DNA from: Ignavibacteriota bacterium | Lineage (GTDB): Bacteria > Bacteroidota > Ignavibacteria > UBA10030 > SZUA-254 | Direction of reading: 5' to 3' | Assembly (NCBI GenBank): GCA_025358305.1 | Contig: JANYJZ010000018.1 | Coordinates: forward strand, 19,403-83,402 | DNA: 64,000 nt | Program-made: the position numbers and the translations under genes | In this document: positions 59,678 to 64,000 of the stretch, one piece after another | Numbering within the stretch: the first letter of the stretch is position 1 | Layout of the letters: every line of letters starts with the position of its first letter | The notes under the pieces: generated by a model | Database searches by the model: none | What the model saw: only the letters and a program-made list of their open reading frames with translations | What the model was told of the DNA's origin: nothing

Positions 59678-62600
59678 CTACTTCATGAGGATCATCTTCT
59701 TGACGTCCGAGAATCCGACGGCCGTGAATTTGTACATATAGACGCCGCTGGCGAGGTTGCCGGCGTCCCAGGCGACGCTGTACCTGCCCGGTTCGAGCGA
59801 TCCCTCGAGGAGGGTGGCGATCTCGCGGCCGAGGAGGTCATACACCTTGAGCGTCACCGGCCCCGTCGCAGGAACCTCGACGACGATGCGCGACGACGAA
59901 TTGAACGGGTTCGGGTAGTTCTGCGACAGCCGGAACGACGTCGGCGTCGTGCCAGCGATCTCCTGCACGCCGAGAACGATCGGGTCGGCGCCGCCCGCTT
60001 CAACGTACCGTGCCGCGAACTCCTGGAGGTAGAGGTTGGCGATGCGCGTGCTGCGGACGATGACGGTATTCTCGTCGTTCGAGCCTTCCGCGCTCGAGGA
60101 CCAATTGTGCGATCCGGTGATCACCCACTGGTTCCCGTTCGCGCTCGTGCCGTCGACGATCGCATACTTGTGGTGAAGGAGTCCGCCGGAGAAGCCCTTG
60201 AGGTGGACGTCCACCCCAGCGCCGAGGAGCGCGGGGTACTGCGTCCCGGTGTCGGTCCCGTTGTCCATGATGATGCGGACCTTCCGTCCCCTGTTCTTCT
60301 GCGCGATGAGCGTGTCGGCGAGTTCCTTCCGGGTGAACGTGTACATCGCAACGGAGAGCGACGACTGTGCCCGCGAGAGAGCGCGGCCGATCTTCGCGGT
60401 CGTTCCGTCGCTCGGGCTGAAGTAGTTCTCGACGCGCGTACCGTTGATGTTGAAGAGGTGCGGGGTGTTGTTGTGCTTCCGCGGCCCGAAGCGCGTCAAC
60501 GCGGCGTTCGGCGTCAGTGTGCTGCTCCCCCACATCTCGTTGAATTCAAGGGTGTACGACCCGGCGAGGGCGACGTCCTGGAACTCGATGGAGTTCTGCC
60601 GATCGCCGTTCGTGCCGGGATCCGTCGGGTTCCACGAGCCCGTCCAGAGCCAGACGCTGTCCGGTGCCCCGCCCTTGTAATCGAAGATCGCAAACTTGTT
60701 GTGCATGAGTTCGGTGCCGCCGGTGGAGACGTCAAACTCGTCGGTGATCACCGGGATGCCGTTTGAGGAGAGCGTCGCATAGGGAGCGTTGCTGTTGTCG
60801 GCCTCCCCGATGATCCGGACCTGGACGCCGCGGTCATGGGCGGCGATGAGCGCCGCAGCGATCGACGCGCCGACCGAGCCGCTCAGGTTGTAAAGCGCCG
60901 CGTCGATACTGTACCGGGCCGCGTTGACCTTCGCGATGAAGATCGAGGGAAGGTCCGCGTTGCCGTTCGCGACCTCGCCGGTGGCGAGCGACGCCTGGAT
61001 CGTTTTGTTGAAGTACACGTTAATCCGGCCCGTCGTGGCTGCCGGGGAGGCGGAACTCAGGATGAAATCGCTCGCGATCGTCGTCCCGTTGGTGTCCGCC
61101 GATCCGACGGCGTAATGATATACCGTTGCAGGCGTGAGTCCGGTGAGCCACATGCTGTGGCTCTGCACCGGGTCGGTCACGGTGATTGAATCCGTATAGA
61201 CGTTCGTCGCGCCGAAGTAGACGATGCTCGATGACAGGACGTCCGTCGTCCAGTTCACTCTCACGGCGTTGGCAAGTACGCTGTCCTCCTGGGGAGACGT
61301 CGTGATGACGGGGCCCGGATGTCCGATGATGTCCTCTGGGACACGCGGCGACATCTCATAATCCGCCGTGTACGGCGGGCCAGGGGCGGGCGTTCCCGGT
61401 TTGAATTGTTTCAGGATGCCGATGACGTCGAACACCGACGGTGTCGGCGGGTAGGAGATCGGGATGAAGATGGCCGACGTTCCCGTCCCGTCGGTGATGG
61501 TCGAGGTGAGGGAATTGTACTGCACCGCGTTGATCCTGATCAGGCGCCCTTCGTTCGGCTCGCTGAAGTCAGGAAGGAACGCGTTGTTGAGATCGGCGCA
61601 GGTCATAACGAGCGGCACCGGGAGGGGCCGGCCCGTCGCGACCGTGATGACCGTCGAGGAATCGGGCGTGATCTCGACCAGGCCTCGGAACTGCTGCACT
61701 TTGCCGGTCAGGATGACGCTGTCGCCGACCTGGTAGTTGAGCGGCCGGGTGAAGCTGAACAGGTCCACGCCTGCCGTGCCATCCTGGATGAAGACGTTCG
61801 TCTGCGTACCGCTCAGGTTCGCCGTGACCGTGCCGGTGATGCTCACCTGGCTGCCGACCGCGTAGGGGGCGGCACACACGCCCGTGGAGGTATTGACGTG
61901 TACCGTGACGATGGGGACGACCGCCTTGACCTGGACGGTCGGCTGGACCAGCAATTGTGCGGGCTGACCGCCGAAGACGCCGGTCTGGGTCCGGAAGACC
62001 GAAAGTCCGCCGAAGGCCGCGGAGGTCATGTTTGCGATCGTGATCGTTCCGTGGTCCGTCGCCGAGACCGCGGCTTGGGAGATATCGATCGTATCGCCGA
62101 TGAGCGCGACAACGGCGGTGTCGAATCCGGTTCCGGAGATCTGGACGTCGCCGAGGAGGTGCGACCAGCCCCAGGAGACTGGGACGGCGCAGCGGATGCG
62201 GTTGAGGACGTACCCGGTGTCGCCGATGACCGTAAGGGTCACCAGCGGGACCGGCTGAGCGTTATAGATCTTCGAAGGGTTGATCGTGATCGTACCGGTG
62301 CCGTTCCCGCCGACGCCGAACGAGGGTTCGGGCGTGCTCTGCGTGTTCTGGGGGTTGCGGCCGTGCGTCTGCGCGACGAAATCGGCGGCATTGTTGTCCG
62401 AATCGAATCCGTTCCCAAGGACGTAATGCTTCCCGCCGGCGGCGAGGGAATCCGCGGTCGAGGAGAGAGAAGCCTTCCGTTCCACGCTTCCGGTCGTACT
62501 CGGGCTCTGGATGGGCGCAGGCGAGCCCTCCGGGTCAATGGCCGTGGGTCCGTATCCGACCTTGTCGATTTCGAGGGCCGAGACATCGATGATCCTGAGG

Positions 62601-62956
62601 TGTCCCAGGCTCGAGATGCCGGTCGCCGAGGTCCAGAGATCGGAAGTATAGTCAGGCGTTACGATGCCCACATAGCTCGTATTCGCGATAAGGTAGTAGC
62701 TATGCGGCGCGATAACTGCTGAAACTGGGAGGAGCGCGCGGTCTTCCCATATTGTCCCGCTGACACCCTTGTACTCGAGCGTCCACCCATGGAGCGAGAT
62801 GTCGGCTTCGGTAGGATTATAGAGCTCGACAAATTCGTCCTGGCCGCCGCTCCCCGACGTCGCAAACTCGCTGATGACGACGTGCGTGGCGGTCTGGGAG
62901 AGGAGTCCGGCGCTCACGACGAGCGTCAGAAGAAGGATCGTACCGAAGGCTTTCAT
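59678..62956 (-). CDS. Large secreted multidomain protein with an N-terminal lamin-tail domain (LTD), a PLD-family catalytic domain (two HKD motifs) and a T9SS C-terminal sorting domain.
   Basis: The start was re-anchored to ATG 62956 (MKAFGTILLLTLVVSAGLLSQTA). LTD motif VVISEFATSGSGGQDEFVELYNPT. HKD motifs HNKFAIFD...GSWN and HHKYAIVD...GSHNWS. The C-terminus LSQNYPNPFNSSSRIVVEV...GVYMYKF is a T9SS CTD. Confidence 0.8.
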   Translation of the reverse strand: MKAFGTILLLTLVVSAGLLSQTATHVVISEFATSGSGGQDEFVELYNPTEADISLHGWTLEYKGVSGTIWEDRALLPVSAVIAPHSYYLIANTSYVGIVTPDYTSDLWTSATGISSLGHLRIIDVSALEIDKVGYGPTAIDPEGSPAPIQSPSTTGSVERKASLSSTADSLAAGGKHYVLGNGFDSDNNAADFVAQTHGRNPQNTQSTPEPSFGVGGNGTGTITINPSKIYNAQPVPLVTLTVIGDTGYVLNRIRCAVPVSWGWSHLLGDVQISGTGFDTAVVALIGDTIDISQAAVSATDHGTITIANMTSAAFGGLSVFRTQTGVFGGQPAQLLVQPTVQVKAVVPIVTVHVNTSTGVCAAPYAVGSQVSITGTVTANLSGTQTNVFIQDGTAGVDLFSFTRPLNYQVGDSVILTGKVQQFRGLVEITPDSSTVITVATGRPLPVPLVMTCADLNNAFLPDFSEPNEGRLIRINAVQYNSLTSTITDGTGTSAIFIPISYPPTPSVFDVIGILKQFKPGTPAPGPPYTADYEMSPRVPEDIIGHPGPVITTSPQEDSVLANAVRVNWTTDVLSSSIVYFGATNVYTDSITVTDPVQSHSMWLTGLTPATVYHYAVGSADTNGTTIASDFILSSASPAATTGRINVYFNKTIQASLATGEVANGNADLPSIFIAKVNAARYSIDAALYNLSGSVGASIAAALIAAHDRGVQVRIIGEADNSNAPYATLSSNGIPVITDEFDVSTGGTELMHNKFAIFDYKGGAPDSVWLWTGSWNPTDPGTNGDRQNSIEFQDVALAGSYTLEFNEMWGSSTLTPNAALTRFGPRKHNNTPHLFNINGTRVENYFSPSDGTTAKIGRALSRAQSSLSVAMYTFTRKELADTLIAQKNRGRKVRIIMDNGTDTGTQYPALLGAGVDVHLKGFSGGLLHHKYAIVDGTSANGNQWVITGSHNWSSSAEGSNDENTVIVRSTRIANLYLQEFAARYVEAGGADPIVLGVQEIAGTTPTSFRLSQNYPNPFNSSSRIVVEVPATGPVTLKVYDLLGREIATLLEGSLEPGRYSVAWDAGNLASGVYMYKFTAVGFSDVKKMILMK

Positions 62957-63237
62957 GGTGTTCCCGCGTAAGAAATGGAATTCAGTCCGACTGAAGTAGA
63001 TATAATCTATAAAAAATCGGCAGAATTGCAATTTCTTCACGATGGGGGTGATACCTTCACATCGCAGACAGGTCCTTCGAAGTGCTCACAAACAGTCAAG
63101 CGTCGGATCGATTGGACGCGCAATTCCCTCGTGCCATCGACACTGCTCCCTTGCCAGCGGTGCTGGCGCTGATCGCGCAGGAAGATAGATCCCCGCCGAG
63201 AGTTCACGACCACCTGCGGTGGGCTCTGGTTCCACAC

Positions 63238-64000
63238 TCACCTCATAAGGACCAGCGTACGAACTGCGGTGAACGACCCGGCCGTGAGCCGATAGAAGTA
63301 GACGCCGCTCGGTACTGCGGCAGCGTTCCACTCCACGGACCTGTCGCCGGCCGACTGGTAGTCGTCGACAACTGTCGCCACAGTGCGCCCGAGGACGTCG
63401 AACACCTGCAAGAGCACGCGTCCATCGACGGGTGTCTGGTACCCGATCGAGGTTGTTGGATTGAACGGGTTCGGATAATTCTGGCTGAGCCCGAACGTTG
63501 TCGGTACCTCGCCTGACATGAGGGACGCGACGCCTCCGGGCGCGGACGGAGGCAGTTCTGACGTCGGCGTGATCCGGATGCGGTTCGACGCCGAGAGAAG
63601 CGCGGCTGACGCAAGAGAAAGCGTCCCACTCTGATTCACCTTCACCCAATACGCTTTACCGGGATCGATGACCGTGGCGGTCAGATACGATCCGGCATAG
63701 GCGAAGAACTGCGAGGTGACGATGCCGCCGGGGCTGGAAGTCACAGACCCGACAGAGACGGATGCGCTGATCGAGCCGATGAGATTCCATCCCTCCGACA
63801 CGCTGATCGAATCCGACCAACGCGGTAACCCGGTGAGATCGACCACCTGCACCCCGGAAAACTTCATCCAGTAGCCGGGCCCGTTCTTCAGTGTCTCCTT
63901 CAAGGCATAGGTCCCGTCGAACACGAAGGCATTACTCGTGGCCGTTGGAAAGAGAATGGTCTTGCGGTCATCGGTTCGCGACGTCGGGAGGCTGACGAGG
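63238..64000 (-). CDS. T9SS-sorted secreted protein, C-terminal part; the gene continues beyond the 3' edge of the window.
   Basis: The C-terminal roughly 90 aa (LSQNYPNPFNPTTSIGYQTPVDGRVLLQVFDVLGRTVA...GVYFYRL) form a T9SS CTD. A hand translation upstream of the track's GTG start (63924) shows an open frame with no stop out to position 64000. Confidence 0.7.
   Translation of the reverse strand, partial: LVSLPTSRTDDRKTILFPTATSNAFVFDGTYALKETLKNGPGYWMKFSGVQVVDLTGLPRWSDSISVSEGWNLIGSISASVSVGSVTSSPGGIVTSQFFAYAGSYLTATVIDPGKAYWVKVNQSGTLSLASAALLSASNRIRITPTSELPPSAPGGVASLMSGEVPTTFGLSQNYPNPFNPTTSIGYQTPVDGRVLLQVFDVLGRTVATVVDDYQSAGDRSVEWNAAAVPSGVYFYRLTAGSFTAVRTLVLMR

Overview
This is a high-GC (about 62%), gene-dense chromosomal window of roughly 60 protein genes plus one tRNA. 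Ribosome-binding sites are Shine-Dalgarno-like and several sigma-70-like promoters can be read from the sequence. The window also carries T9SS-type C-terminal sorting domains, an LpxC-FabZ fusion and a uppS-bamA-skp-skp-lpxD-lpxC/fabZ-lpxA cluster, which points to an FCB-superphylum-like diderm. Most of the window is conserved housekeeping content, falling into four groups. Outer-membrane biogenesis and cell division: a partial LptD at the 5' edge, the lipid A cluster above, FtsB, FtsX and Ddl. DNA repair and recombination: RarA, LigA, RecR-YbaB and XerC/D. Central metabolism: the SdhCAB operon, asd-lysA, and a fused homocysteine S-methyltransferase/MTHFR gene. Also present: PepF, AcpS, PanB, SurE and tRNA-Pro(GGG). 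No CRISPR array, IS element or prophage-like features were seen. Several ORFs in the supplied track carry spurious N-terminal extensions, and many long antisense ORFs are high-GC artefacts; starts were re-anchored on internal ATGs where homology logic and signal peptides supported it. The most interesting locus is 33.1-37.7 kb. It contains a Cyc2-like fused monoheme cytochrome/outer-membrane beta-barrel (CGSCH right after the signal peptide, C-terminal Phe). Downstream is a small periplasmic PSCyt1-type monoheme cytochrome c (CLPCH). The pair is flanked by a divergent HAMP histidine kinase and a TPR-like/receiver response regulator, and a perfect palindrome overlaps the predicted promoter. This looks like a candidate outer-membrane redox / extracellular electron-transfer (possibly Fe(II)-oxidation) module under two-component control. 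Secondary items are listed below. An intrinsic terminator sits 16 nt upstream of the start codon of the fused methionine-synthesis gene, suggesting an attenuator or riboswitch leader. A 1,093-aa protein combines a lamin-tail domain, a two-HKD PLD domain and a T9SS sorting domain. A PMT/ArnT-like glycosyltransferase with TPR repeats sits in a cluster headed by a histidine kinase. Two paralogous lipoproteins are translationally coupled to recR. A sigma-70 promoter with a 14-bp palindromic operator lies divergent from a class A beta-lactamase-like gene.
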